A DNA stretch of 64,000 nt from Vulcanimicrobiota bacterium (GCA_003133745.1 PKZD01000074.1:3633-67632); one strand, 5' to 3'; positions 9,011 through 19,500 are shown, counted from the first letter of the stretch. A program made the numbers and translations. The notes: a model not told the origin generated them from the letters alone.

Positions 9011-9496
9011 CTAAGCGAGATCGACGAAGCGGCCGTCGTGATAGAGCAGCGGCGGAAGATCGGTGTGGTACGCTTCCTCGACCTCGCCAATGAAGATCGT
9101 GTGCGTTGCCACGTCGATCGCCTCGGTAGCGATGCACACGAACGTGGCAACGGTACCGGCGATAATGGGAACCTCGGCGGAGCGCAGATCGTACGCCACG
9201 CCTTCGAACTGGTTCTCGACCCCTGCCGCAAAGCGTCGCGCGATCTCCTCCTGTCCTTGCGCGAGCACGTTGACGGCAAATCGACCGCTCTTCTGAATGA
9301 ACGGATGCGTTCGCGTCGTGCGGTTCACGACGACGAGAAGCGTCGGAGGGTCGACGCTCACGCTCGTCATCGCGGTCGCGGTCATCCCGTGGATGCGTCC
9401 GTCGTGCGCGGTCGTGATCACCGCGACGCTCGCGGCGGTGCGGCGCATCGCGAGACGATACGCTTGCGCATCGACCGGGCGCAGCGCGTCGCTCAT
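9011..9496 (-). CDS. Flavin reductase-like domain protein (HpaC/NADH:FMN oxidoreductase family)
   Basis: AASVAVITTAHDGRIHGMTATAMTSVSVDPPTLLVVVN..HTIFIGEVEEAY. Start MSDALRP at 9496 overlaps the GT2 stop (ATGA at 9493-9496). Confidence 0.8.
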   Translation of the reverse strand: MSDALRPVDAQAYRLAMRRTAASVAVITTAHDGRIHGMTATAMTSVSVDPPTLLVVVNRTTRTHPFIQKSGRFAVNVLAQGQEEIARRFAAGVENQFEGVAYDLRSAEVPIIAGTVATFVCIATEAIDVATHTIFIGEVEEAYHTDLPPLLYHDGRFVDLA

Positions 9497-11007
9497 GCGG
9501 AGGCCAACCGGATGGGCGCGTTTGCGAGCGCGGAGCCGGGACGTTCGAGGCCGAAGCGTGCGACGCGCGCGAGGTCGAGCACGCGCATCGCGCTCCGGCG
9601 CGGATCGCCGCGTCGACGCGCATCCGCAACGGCTTCGGCTCCGGCGCGCGCGCGCCAATCTCGGTCGGCGACGAGGCGCGCGAGCTGCTCCGGAGCGGCT
9701 TCATTTGCCTCGACGCATGCGTTGCCGCCGTACGCGGCGAGCAACGCGCCGAAGCCATAGGAATCGGCTCGCCCGATCAGCACCGCGGCGACGTCGCGGC
9801 GCTCGCGCCGCTCGAGAAGCACTTCGGTCTCGAGACGCTCGAACTGCACGAGAGGACTCCGTTCGCGAACTCGTTCGAGCAACGCGGAAGAAACCTCGCC
9901 GAGCACGGCGATCGTCGTGCACTCGGAAGCATCGCTGCACCGCAGCCAAAGCTCGGCGGCGCGGGCGGGGTCGGCGCACGGCATCCACGGTACTTCGAGC
10001 TCGATCGCACCGTGCGTGCGAAGGGTCGCGCGGCCGTTGCGCGCAGCCATGGCGACGCAGGGAGCGAGCGCCTCGCCTTCGACGTTCCACGCAAGCCCCG
10101 CCGCGATACGGAAGCGCCGGTCGAAGCGCCGCCACGGGGCGATGCCGCCGACGATCGGATGCCCGTAGGAACGCATGCCTGCCGACAGATCGCGCAGCAC
10201 GGCCGCGCCGACCGGGTCGCCGGCAACGCTCTGCCGGAGCACGATCGCACTCACCTCGCCGCGTTGCGTTCTCGGCATCGCGGCGAGCGCGGAAGACCAA
10301 CGCTCGTAGAAGCGCCGCTCGTTCTCGTCTTCCCAATCGAAGCGACCTGCGGTCGCGCCCTCGTAATGCGCGAAACGCGACTCGGCGACGTAACGAACGA
10401 CGAGGCCCTCGGAATGCGCGCGCAAGCACAGGTCCGTGTCCTCGAACCCGTTGCGGAAGGTCGGATCGAAGCCGCCGCTTTGCGCGAACCAGGTCGCGCG
10501 CACCGCGCATGCCGCGCCGGGAACGACGATCGCGTCGCGCGAGCGGCGCACGCCCTCGAGATCCGGCGGAAGGTTTCGGTGCGAGAGAAACCAGTGGGCG
10601 TTCGGGAGGAGCACGCATCCCGCACCTTGCGTGACGCCGTCTTCGTAGAAGAGCGCCGAACCGGCGATCGCAACGTCGTCGCGCGCAAACGCCGCGACGA
10701 GCGGCACGAGTGGATCGCCGAGCGGGTACGCGTCGTTATTGAGAAAGAGTACGATCGGCGCCTCCGCGATGCGCGCGCCGGCATTCGCGGCATCGCCGAA
10801 GTTCGCTCTGGGGTCGAGCCGCAGCACGCGTACCCAATCGAATTCCTTGAGCCGCTCCGGCGTCTGGTCGCTTGAGGCGCTGTCGACGACGATCGTTTCG
10901 AAGCGGACGGGTGAGCTCGCGCGCAGCGCGTCAAGCTCGTGCAGGCAATGCCGCGTCAGCCACCAGTTGTTGTGGGCGGGTACGACGATGCTGATATCGG
11001 GCGTCAT
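9493..11007 (-). CDS. Family 2 glycosyltransferase with a ~250-aa C-terminal extension (degenerate GT-B-like half)
   Basis: ISIVVPAHNNWWLTRHCL..VVDSASSD..LFLNNDAY (GT2 DxD region). Start placed at MTPDISIVV (11007). The track start at 11307 overlaps the divergent rmlC-like gene. Confidence 0.8.
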   Translation of the reverse strand: MTPDISIVVPAHNNWWLTRHCLHELDALRASSPVRFETIVVDSASSDQTPERLKEFDWVRVLRLDPRANFGDAANAGARIAEAPIVLFLNNDAYPLGDPLVPLVAAFARDDVAIAGSALFYEDGVTQGAGCVLLPNAHWFLSHRNLPPDLEGVRRSRDAIVVPGAACAVRATWFAQSGGFDPTFRNGFEDTDLCLRAHSEGLVVRYVAESRFAHYEGATAGRFDWEDENERRFYERWSSALAAMPRTQRGEVSAIVLRQSVAGDPVGAAVLRDLSAGMRSYGHPIVGGIAPWRRFDRRFRIAAGLAWNVEGEALAPCVAMAARNGRATLRTHGAIELEVPWMPCADPARAAELWLRCSDASECTTIAVLGEVSSALLERVRERSPLVQFERLETEVLLERRERRDVAAVLIGRADSYGFGALLAAYGGNACVEANEAAPEQLARLVADRDWRARAGAEAVADARRRGDPRRSAMRVLDLARVARFGLERPGSALANAPIRLASA

Positions 11008-11088
11008 CGATCGGCTGCGTGACAGGGCGAGCGCAAAACGCCGTCGTAGTTCGCGATTGATGAGCGCAGTTCTTCTCGCGGTCCGCAC

Positions 11089-11637
11089 ATGATCACCATG
11101 CGCCTCCGGCCCCTGACGATCGCCGGCGCGTACGAACTGATCGCCGAGGCGCGAGAGGACGAACGCGGATTTCTCGCACGCACGCTCGATCTCGAGATTC
11201 TGCGATCGCACGAACTGCTCGATCGCTTCGATCAAGAGACGTTCTCGTACAACCGTCGCCGCGGGACGCTGCGCGGACTCCACTATCAAGCCGCTCCCGC
11301 CTGGCAAACGAAGATCGTCACGTGCGTCGCCGGACGTGCCTTCGACGTCGCGCTAGACTTGCGCCCCGACTCGCCGACCTTCGGCCGTTGGGAGTCGCTC
11401 GAACTCGATGCGCGGCGCTGCAACTCCATCTACATTCCGGCGGGTTGCGCGCACGGCTTTCAAACGTTCGAGCCGGAGACGACCGTCTTCTATCGGACCG
11501 CTCCGGCATACCGGGAAGAACTCGCCCGCGGTATCGATCCGTTCGACGCGGACGTCGCCGTGCGCTGGCCGATTGCGGAGGCGACGCTCTCCGAGCGCGA
11601 CCGCGAGTTGCCGGCGTTTCACGACTTCGTGCCGTGA
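11089..11637 (+). CDS. rmlC: dTDP-4-dehydrorhamnose 3,5-epimerase-like (RmlC cupin)
   Basis: ERGFLARTL..RGLHYQ..KIVTCVAGRAFDVALDLR..SIYIPAGCAHGF..Y motifs. Confidence 0.8.
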   Translation: MITMRLRPLTIAGAYELIAEAREDERGFLARTLDLEILRSHELLDRFDQETFSYNRRRGTLRGLHYQAAPAWQTKIVTCVAGRAFDVALDLRPDSPTFGRWESLELDARRCNSIYIPAGCAHGFQTFEPETTVFYRTAPAYREELARGIDPFDADVAVRWPIAEATLSERDRELPAFHDFVP

Positions 11638-12467
11638 GGGTCTTGCTCACCGGCGCGAGCGGTTTCATCGGCCGTCACGTCGCGGCTCGACTGCGCGAGC
11701 GCGGTCACGAAGTCATTTCAGTAGGCCGCAACGCAGAGAGCGATGTCGTGCTCGATCTGCTCGATGAAAGCGCGATCGCGCGTGCCAATCTCCGAGCCGA
11801 TGCGCTCCTCCATCTGGCATGGTTTGCCAAGCCGGGCGAGTTTTGGTCCTCGCCCGAGAACGAGCGCTGGGCCGGCGCCGGCTTGGCCCTCGTGCGACGA
11901 TTTGCCGAAGGCGGCGGAACGACGGTCGTCGTCGCGGGAAGTTGCGCCGAATACGGCGACGGCGCCGAACGCGCGCTGCGCGAATCCGACGCGCTCGCGC
12001 CGAGCACGCGCTACGGCGCCGCAAAAGCGGCGTTGTTTGAATCGCTGATGAGCGAGTGCGGCCGCGATCCGCGTCTGCGCCTCGCGTGGGCGCGCATCTT
12101 CTACCCCTACGGCCCCGGTGAACCCGAGGAAAAACTCATTCCGCGGCTGCGGCGCGAGATCGGTGACGGGCGCGTCCCGGAGCTGCGAACGCCGGACCGG
12201 CTTCTCGATTACATACACGTCACCGACGTCGCGGAGGGATTCTCGCGCATCCTCGAAGGCGGCGTGCGCGGCCCGATCAATCTCGGCAGCGGCGCCGGCG
12301 TCTCGGCGCGGCAGATCGCAGCCGCGCTGGCGCGCCGGCTGCGCCCCGAGTTGACGTCAACGATCGCCACGCTCGTCGGCACGTCGCCGCCCGCTTTGCC
12401 GATTATCGCCGACGTTACGCGGATGCACGCCGAACTCGGATCGTGGGCGATGCTTACAACACCGTGA
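11634..12467 (+). CDS. NAD-dependent epimerase/dehydratase-family protein (probable NDP-hexose 4-ketoreductase)
   Basis: VRVLLTGASGFIGRHV (Rossmann fold), GSCAEYG and YGAAK (YxxxK). The GTG start overlaps the rmlC stop (GTGA at 11634-11637). The track start at 11322 is out of context. Confidence 0.8.
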   Translation: MRVLLTGASGFIGRHVAARLRERGHEVISVGRNAESDVVLDLLDESAIARANLRADALLHLAWFAKPGEFWSSPENERWAGAGLALVRRFAEGGGTTVVVAGSCAEYGDGAERALRESDALAPSTRYGAAKAALFESLMSECGRDPRLRLAWARIFYPYGPGEPEEKLIPRLRREIGDGRVPELRTPDRLLDYIHVTDVAEGFSRILEGGVRGPINLGSGAGVSARQIAAALARRLRPELTSTIATLVGTSPPALPIIADVTRMHAELGSWAMLTTP

Positions 12468-13665
12468 CGGTTGGAATCGGCACGATGAATCGGACGCCGG
12501 GGAGACCCGCGCTGCGGACCTTTGCGATCAGTTCGTCGCGATAGTTCCACGCGGTCAGCAAGAACGCGTTCGGCGGATTCGCGAACGCCCACTCTTCGGT
12601 GACGATCTCGACGGCGCACTTCGGCATGAAGCGCCCCACCTTTCCCGGCGTCGAGTCGGCGCAATACGGAATGTCGCGATAGGTCAGCCCGCAGGCGTTC
12701 ATGAGCGTCGCGCCCTTCGCGCTCGCACCGTACGCATACACCGATTCGCCCCGCGCGACGAGCTCGACGATCGTCGCGTGCAAATCCCGCCGAATCTTTG
12801 CAGTAGAGGTCGCGAATCGCTCCGCGAGGCCGCCGTCCAACACAAGCCGTTCTTCGTCGAGCACGCTGCGGATATCGGAGGTCGTCTCGCCTTCGCGCTT
12901 TGCAAAGCACACGATCGAACCGCCGTGAACGTCGGAACGCATCACCTCGCGCAGCGTCATGCCGCGCCTTTCGAGCAGCGCCTGTAGGGCGAGCACGGTG
13001 AAGTAGAACATGTGCTCGTGATAGACTTGGTCGAATTCGTTGCGCTCGAGCGTCGCGATCGCGTACGCGTTCTCAATGACGAGCGTTCCGTCGGGCGCCA
13101 AGACCTCCACGATGCCGTCGAGCATCTCGTAGGGATCGCAGTTGTGCGCCATGCAATGCCGCGCGACGACGAGATCGACCTCGCCTTGGCGGCGCCGAAA
13201 GTCCCGTGCGAACTCCGCATTGAAAAACTCCGGGAACGTCGGAACTCCAGCCGCCGTTGCCGCCTCCGCGACGTTCTGCGCCGGGTCGACGCCGACGATC
13301 GAGCGGACGTGCGGCCGAAGGACCTCGAGGAAGCGCCCGACGTTGCTGCCGATCTCCAGCGCGCTCGTATCGGCGGCAACGTAACCGCCCTCCCGAAGAC
13401 GTTGCAGAAGCACGCGATAGTGCTCGTCGAGCGAGGAAGATTGCGGCGTGAAATAATTGTAGCGACGGTAGAGCACGTCGGCATCGACGCAGTGTCGCAG
13501 TTGGAAGTTGCCGCAGTCGCACGTTTCCAACAGGAGCGGGAACTGCTCGAGGGCGACGGCGCGAGTCTCCGTCAGCCAATTGGCCGGCGGCATCTCTCCG
13601 AGATCGAGAACCGGCCGCGTCGGAAGGCCGCAGATGCGGCAGCATCCCGACGCGGAGTCACTCAC
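12454..13665 (-). CDS. NDP-hexose C-methyltransferase (TylCIII-like; Zn-ribbon, class I SAM MTase and C-terminal domain)
   Basis: N-terminal CCRICG..LDLGEMPPANWL zinc-ribbon motif, EIGSNVGRFL SAM motif and a C-terminal sugar-MT-like domain. GTGA overlap with the upstream rmlA stop. Confidence 0.75.
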   Translation of the reverse strand: MSDSASGCCRICGLPTRPVLDLGEMPPANWLTETRAVALEQFPLLLETCDCGNFQLRHCVDADVLYRRYNYFTPQSSSLDEHYRVLLQRLREGGYVAADTSALEIGSNVGRFLEVLRPHVRSIVGVDPAQNVAEAATAAGVPTFPEFFNAEFARDFRRRQGEVDLVVARHCMAHNCDPYEMLDGIVEVLAPDGTLVIENAYAIATLERNEFDQVYHEHMFYFTVLALQALLERRGMTLREVMRSDVHGGSIVCFAKREGETTSDIRSVLDEERLVLDGGLAERFATSTAKIRRDLHATIVELVARGESVYAYGASAKGATLMNACGLTYRDIPYCADSTPGKVGRFMPKCAVEIVTEEWAFANPPNAFLLTAWNYRDELIAKVRSAGLPGVRFIVPIPTVTVL

Positions 13666-14405
13666 GTGCCGCCCGCCTCACGCGATGCGGCGATCAACTG
13701 CGTCGCGCGAAAGAGGCTCTCGAAGGTTCCCGCATCCGTCCACCATCCGTCGAGCACGTCGTAGTAGAGAGCGCCCTCTTCGATGTAGCGGTTGTTGACG
13801 TCGGTGATCTCCAGCTCTCCGCGCTGCGACGGCGAGAGCCCCTCGATGAACTCGAAAACGCGCGCATCGTACATGTACACGCCGGTCACAGCGTAGCGGC
13901 TCTTTGGGCTGGCGGGCTTCTCTTCGATGCGCGCGATGCGGCCGTCGCTCAACTCCGCAACGCCGAAGCGCTCGGGATCGTCAACTTCCTTGAGCAGCAG
14001 ACGCGCGCCGCGCTTCTGCGACTCGAACTTACGCACGTACGGCGCGATATCGTCTTCCAGAAGGTTGTCGCCGAGGACGACGACGATGGGCTCGCCGTCG
14101 GCGAAACCTTCGCAGAGCCGCAACGCGGCGGCGATCCCGCCCTCGCCTTCTTGGTGGGCGTAGTAGAGCTGCTTGAGTCCGAAATCCGCGCCGTTGCCGA
14201 GCAAACGCAGAAAATCACCGGCGGATTGACCGCCCGTGACGAGCATGATATCCCGAATGCCGGCGGCGCACAACGTTTCGATCGGATAGTAAATCATGGG
14301 CTTGTCGTACACCGGCAGCAGGTGCTTGTTCGTGACCTTCGTGAGCGGCCAGAGACGCGAACCTAAGCCGCCGGCGAGGATAATGCCCTTCAACTCTTCA
14401 CCCAC
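13662..14405 (-). CDS. rmlA: Glucose-1-phosphate thymidylyltransferase-like sugar nucleotidyltransferase (short form)
   Basis: GIILAGGLGSRLWPLTKVTNKHLLPVYDKPMIYYP. Start is GTG at 14405 or TTG at 14393, both overlapping the rmlB 3' end. Confidence 0.8.
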   Translation of the reverse strand: MGEELKGIILAGGLGSRLWPLTKVTNKHLLPVYDKPMIYYPIETLCAAGIRDIMLVTGGQSAGDFLRLLGNGADFGLKQLYYAHQEGEGGIAAALRLCEGFADGEPIVVVLGDNLLEDDIAPYVRKFESQKRGARLLLKEVDDPERFGVAELSDGRIARIEEKPASPKSRYAVTGVYMYDARVFEFIEGLSPSQRGELEITDVNNRYIEEGALYYDVLDGWWTDAGTFESLFRATQLIAASREAGGT

Positions 14406-15373
14406 GTGCCGTGCTTGCGGTACTGACGCCACCACGCCTCGTTTTCCCGGTACCACGTCGCCGTCGATCTCAGGCCGTCCTCGAACTCGACGCGCGGCGC
14501 CCATCCGAGTTCGCGAAGCTTCGCGCAGTTCACGGCGTAGCGGCGGTCGTGCCCCGGACGGTCGGTAACGTATTCGACATGCGATTCCATCGAGCGGCCG
14601 CACATATCGACGAGCATGCGCGAAAGCTCGAGATTCGTCCGCAAGTTTCCGCCCCCGATATTGTAGACCGCCCCGATCTCGCCGTGCAGCAAGACCTCCA
14701 ATATCCCGCGCACGTGGTCGTCGACGTGCAGCCAGTCGCGGACCTGCAGGCCGTCGCCGTAGAGCGGCACCGCGAGGTCGTCGATGAGATTCGTGATGAA
14801 AAGCGGGATGATCTTCTCAGGATACTGGTAGGCGCCGTAGGTATTGCTTCCGCGCGTGATGAGAACCGGCGTCCCATATGTCGTCCAATATGCAAGCACC
14901 TGGAGATCGGCGCCCGCTTTGCTCGCACTATACGGGCTGCGCGGGCGTAACGCATCGTCTTCCGAAGATTCGCCCTCCGGCACGTGCCCGTACACTTCGT
15001 CCGTCGACACCTGCAGGTAGCGAGCGACGTTGTGCTCGCGCGCGGCCTCGAGGAGGACGTGCGTTCCCAACACGTCGGTCTGAACGAACGTTTCAGGAAC
15101 GAGTATCGAGCGATCGACGTGCGTTTCAGCGGCAAAGTTCACGATCGCGTCGACGCCGTCGTCGATCGCTCGGTCGACCGCGGCGGGGTCGCAGATATTT
15201 CCATGGATCATGCGATAGCGCGGGTCGTCCTTGACTCCGGCGAGCCTCTCCGGGCTTGCCGCGTACGTCATCGCGTCCAGATTCACGATCTCGACGTGCG
15301 GAAGCGCGTTCAGTGCAAAGCGGATGAAGTGAGCTCCGATAAAGCCCAGACCGCCCGTTACCAGCCAACGCAT
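14390..15373 (-). CDS. rmlB: dTDP-glucose 4,6-dehydratase
   Basis: MRWLVTGGLGFIGAHF..STDEVYG..YSASKAG..DYV. ATG at 15373 overlaps the upstream TAA (TAATG). Confidence 0.9.
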   Translation of the reverse strand: MRWLVTGGLGFIGAHFIRFALNALPHVEIVNLDAMTYAASPERLAGVKDDPRYRMIHGNICDPAAVDRAIDDGVDAIVNFAAETHVDRSILVPETFVQTDVLGTHVLLEAAREHNVARYLQVSTDEVYGHVPEGESSEDDALRPRSPYSASKAGADLQVLAYWTTYGTPVLITRGSNTYGAYQYPEKIIPLFITNLIDDLAVPLYGDGLQVRDWLHVDDHVRGILEVLLHGEIGAVYNIGGGNLRTNLELSRMLVDMCGRSMESHVEYVTDRPGHDRRYAVNCAKLRELGWAPRVEFEDGLRSTATWYRENEAWWRQYRKHGTWVKS

Positions 15374-16515
15374 TAGATGGTCGACTTCGCATGAGCCCGT
15401 TCGACGGCCTCCGCGAACGCCTGTCCTCCGCGCAACAACTCGTGGTAGAGGGTCACGTCGGCAACATGTGCGCGTATGCGCAGCCGCCACCAGTTCATGG
15501 CGACCGCATCGCCGGCCGCGATGCCGAAGCGCGGCGCAAGCGCCGCGAGCATCGGGAGCACCTGCTGCGCAGCGTGCACGGTGAGCACGTAATCGTGGTC
15601 GCTCAAGTGATTGATGAAGGCTTCGATCGACGGTGGTTGCGCGAGCGCGTAACCGGCGGAGGTCTTCGTCAGCAAACCGTACTCGACCGGATCGACGCCG
15701 GCAAGCATCGCGGCGGCACGACACCATGTCGCGACCTTCGCCTCGTCGCCGAGCGACGGCGCCGCGTGCGCGGAGAGCAACACCGTCACGAAGCGCGCGT
15801 TGCGACCGCGCGCGATCGCCTCCGCGCCCGAAAGGACGTGATGGCCGCCTGTGCCGGCGATCGTCAGCTCCGGCGTGAACGTGCCGTCTTCCCGGTACTG
15901 GAACACGACCGTCTTCATGATGTCGTGATAGAGCGCCGCAGCGACGCAGAGGTCGCGGTCGACCTCCGGCCTGCCGCCGAAATAGAGTTCGGCGTACGTC
16001 TGCGCGTATTGCTCGCCGACGCGCGCGTTGAAGAGTTCGTGCGCGCAGAGGCCGCCGGGGTATGCGTGGTGGGAATCCGCGGCCGAACCGGGCGCGCTCC
16101 AGAAGGGCTGCGCGATTCCGTCGGGGCCGACCGGCGGAAAAACTTCCTCCACCGGCGCATCCGGCGCAACGAACTCTTCGCGCGCGAACGCATCACGTAG
16201 TGCAACCCGCGATTCTGCCGTCGGATACCGACGTTGGTAGTGCGGCCGCGTATCGCGCATCGCATCGAGTACGTCGGCGCGCAGGAGCGCATCGCGTATC
16301 GACGATGCGAGCTCCCGGCCTGCATTCCATTGCGCCTGCACGAGCTCCGAGCGCATCGCGATGTCGGCCGCACGCGCGTTCGGCGCATCGAGGCGAGCGC
16401 TGTTCGACATCTCGGCGACGGCGCGACCCGGCTGGACAAGAAGGGGCAACGACGCTGCCCCGGCTGCAGCGAGGAAAGCGGAGCGCACCATCGGTGTGCC
16501 GCCGCTCACGCACAT
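15373..16515 (-). CDS. Secreted HD-superfamily metal-dependent phosphohydrolase-like protein (function unknown)
   Basis: Sec-type signal (MVRSAFLAAAGAASLPLLVQPGRAVA). His/Asp motifs are SHHAYPGGLCAHE, ALYHDIMK, GGHHV and LSDHDY. The start is ambiguous (16515, 16509 or 16491). Confidence 0.65.
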   Translation of the reverse strand: MCVSGGTPMVRSAFLAAAGAASLPLLVQPGRAVAEMSNSARLDAPNARAADIAMRSELVQAQWNAGRELASSIRDALLRADVLDAMRDTRPHYQRRYPTAESRVALRDAFAREEFVAPDAPVEEVFPPVGPDGIAQPFWSAPGSAADSHHAYPGGLCAHELFNARVGEQYAQTYAELYFGGRPEVDRDLCVAAALYHDIMKTVVFQYREDGTFTPELTIAGTGGHHVLSGAEAIARGRNARFVTVLLSAHAAPSLGDEAKVATWCRAAAMLAGVDPVEYGLLTKTSAGYALAQPPSIEAFINHLSDHDYVLTVHAAQQVLPMLAALAPRFGIAAGDAVAMNWWRLRIRAHVADVTLYHELLRGGQAFAEAVERAHAKSTI

Positions 16516-16519
16516 AGCG

Positions 16520-19500
16520 TTACGGTGTTACCGTCTTTGCGCCGTCGATCGGCCTCAAGCCCGCGCCGCGCAGCGCCGTGGAGAGCGCCCCAAGCGTCTG
16601 GACGTAGGCGTTGTACCGCGCCATCGCAGCAGTGTATTCCGAATCGAAGCGGCGCGCGTATTCGAGCACCGCGGGCGTCGGCGGGCTCGCCGCTCCGAAG
16701 CCGGTGCGCGGGATATCCTCGCGCAACGCGCCCGGCCGCTGAATCGAGTCTTCGTCGTTCTGATAGTTCGCAGTGAACGTCGCGAAGACCGCGGCACGCT
16801 CTTGCAACGCCGCGGCCACCTGCCCGAGCAGCGCGGTGTTGCTGCCCGCGGCGAGCGACGTATGCGCCGCTTCGAGCGACTTGCGCTGCTCCTCGAGGCG
16901 GTTGAGCACGGTATTGATCTTGCCGCTCACGACGTCGTACTTCTTTGCGAAGTCGTACGCCTGATGCAGCTGCGCGAGCGTATAGATGCCGTGCGGGTCG
17001 GCCTTCACGGTGAACGGTTCGGAGTACGTGTGCCCGCCGAGCGTGATGCGCGCAGTGTACGTTCCGGGCACGACCTGCGGCCCGACCAACGAACCACGGA
17101 AGGCCTTCGCGCACGCCTCACAGAGCGGCTGGCCGTTTTCGCGGAAGTTCCAGACGACGCGATTGATGCCGGCGACGTTTGTCACGCCGGGTTCGCTCGG
17201 CTTACGCTGCGCCGGGATGTGGCGAATCACGCGCCCCGCGCCGTCGAGAATCTCCATCGAGGGCGCGAACGCCTGCGGCGTCGCCTGATAGAAGTCGATG
17301 ATCGCGCCGTTCGGAGGATTCTCGCCGCGGAAATCCGTGTAGCTGCCTTCGTCACCGCCGGCGTGAAAGACGTACTCGTACGCGGTTCGCGGCGCAAAGA
17401 GCATCGCGCCGGCCCGCTGCGCCTGCGGCAGAGCCTGCAACGATCCGAGATCGTCCAGGATCCACAGATCGCGGCCGTGCGTCGCAATCGCGAGATCGTT
17501 GAACTCCGGCTGCTCGCGAATGTCCCGCACCGAGACGGCCGGGACGTTGAGCCGGAAATCCGACCAACTCGCGCCTGCGTCGTACGAGATCCAGAGTCCC
17601 GTCTCGGTTCCCGCGAAGAGCAAATCGGGATTGCGATCGTCGGGACGCACCGTACGCACCCAGACGCCGTCCGGAAAACCGTTCACGATCGCGTGCCACG
17701 TGCGCCCGTAATCGTGCGTTACAAAAAGATAGGGATGGTAATCGCCCGAGCGATGGCGGTCGACGTTTGCGTACGCGGTCGCCGCATCGAACGGTGAGGG
17801 TGCGACGGTCTCGACGCGGCCGTACGGCGGAACACCGGGAATGACGTGCTTGCTCCAACTCTTTCCGCCGTCGGTCGTGACGGCGATCACGCCGTCATCG
17901 GCGCCGGTCCAAATCTCTCCGGCGCGAACGGGCGAGCCTTCGATGTCGAGCAGCGTGTCGGAGAACTCGGCGCTCGAGACGTCGAGCGTGATCGGGCCGC
18001 CTGCCGGAATCTGATGCGACTTGTCGTTCAGGGTGAGGTCGGGGCTGATCGCTCGCCAGTGAACGCCGCGGTCGGTCGTTTGGAAGACGACGTTGCTGCC
18101 GAGCCAGGCGATGTGCCCGTTCCACGGTGCGAACGCGATCGGCGCGTCCCAGTTGAAGCGATATCTCGCCTGCGCGAGATCGAAGCCGTTTCGCGAAAAA
18201 TCGAAATACGGGGTCACGAAGCGGCTGTTGTGCGTTTGCGTGTCGTAGTCGGCGGTGCGGCCCGTCTCCAAATCGGTGAGCACGTGCGTGGGGTCGCTCG
18301 GATCGGGAACCGCCCACTCGCCATCGCCGCCGATGACGTCCTGCCACAGCGCGTTGGCGATGCCGTCCGAACTCTGCGAGTTTTCCGGCGCGCAGAAGCC
18401 GTTGTTGTCCTGCAGCGGCGCACAGACCCAATACGGATTTTGATGAACGGAGAGGCCGACGTGGTAGACCTGACCGATCGGCAGGTTACGCGCGAACGCC
18501 CAGTTCTTGCCGGCATCGAGCGTGATCGCGTAGCCGCCGTCCTCACCCACGATGATGCGGTTCGAATCGTTCGGAGCGATCCAGATCGCATGGTAATCGA
18601 CGTGAACGTCTTGCGCGATCTCTTCGAAGGTCTTGCCGCCGTCCGTGCTCTGCCCGAGCATCTCGGAGACCGAGTAGACGTGGTTCTCGTCCTTCGGATC
18701 GACCGCGAGGTGCGTGAAATAGAAGGGCCTTTGATCGACGAGCGTGTCGTCCGACACCATCGTCCAATTCGCGCCGGCGTCGTCGCTGCGCCACAGGATG
18801 CCGCCCTGGGCTTCGATGATCGCGTATACCCGTTTGCTGTCGCTCGGCGCGATTGCGACCGCGCTGCGTCCCATGTCTCCCGTCGGCAGCCCGTGACCGG
18901 CCAAACGCGTCCACGTTCTGCCGCCATCGGCAGAGCGCCAGATGCCGTCATCCGGTCCGCCGGAGTGAAAGGTCCAGGGCAAGCGGCGAAACTGCCACAT
19001 GCTCGCGTAGATGACGGCCGGATCGTTCGGGTCCATCGCCAACTCGGCGACGCCCGTCTGCGGGCCGACGTAGAGCGTCTTGCTCCATGTCTTTCCGCCG
19101 TCGTCCGTCACGTAGACGCCGCGCGCCTCGCTGTCGCGGAACGGATCGCCGAACGCGCCGACGATCACGTGTTGGGGATCGTGCGGGTCGACGATGATCC
19201 GCGAGATCGACCACGAGTCGGGCAAGCCGACGTTCGTCCAGGTTTTTCCGCCGTCCGTCGTCTTATAGACGCCGTCGCCGAAGGTGACGTCGTTGCGCGG
19301 GTTCGCTTCGCCCGTGCCGACCCAGACGACGTTCTCATTCGTCGGGTCGATCGTCACGGCGCCGATCGCGGCGACGGGTTCCTTCTCGAAGACAGCCGTC
19401 CACGTCGCGCCGCCGTTCTCGGTCTTCCAGACGCCGCCGCCCGCGGCGCCGATGTAGTAGAGGTTCGCATCCTGCGCCGTCCCCGCGACGGCCGCGACTC

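Noticed and set aside
9297-10875. 445-aa (+), 305-aa (-) and 287-aa (+) ORFs overlapping the GT2 gene.
   Set aside because: These are extreme Arg-rich sequences (runs of RRR and RRARR) and are shadows of the GT2 frame.
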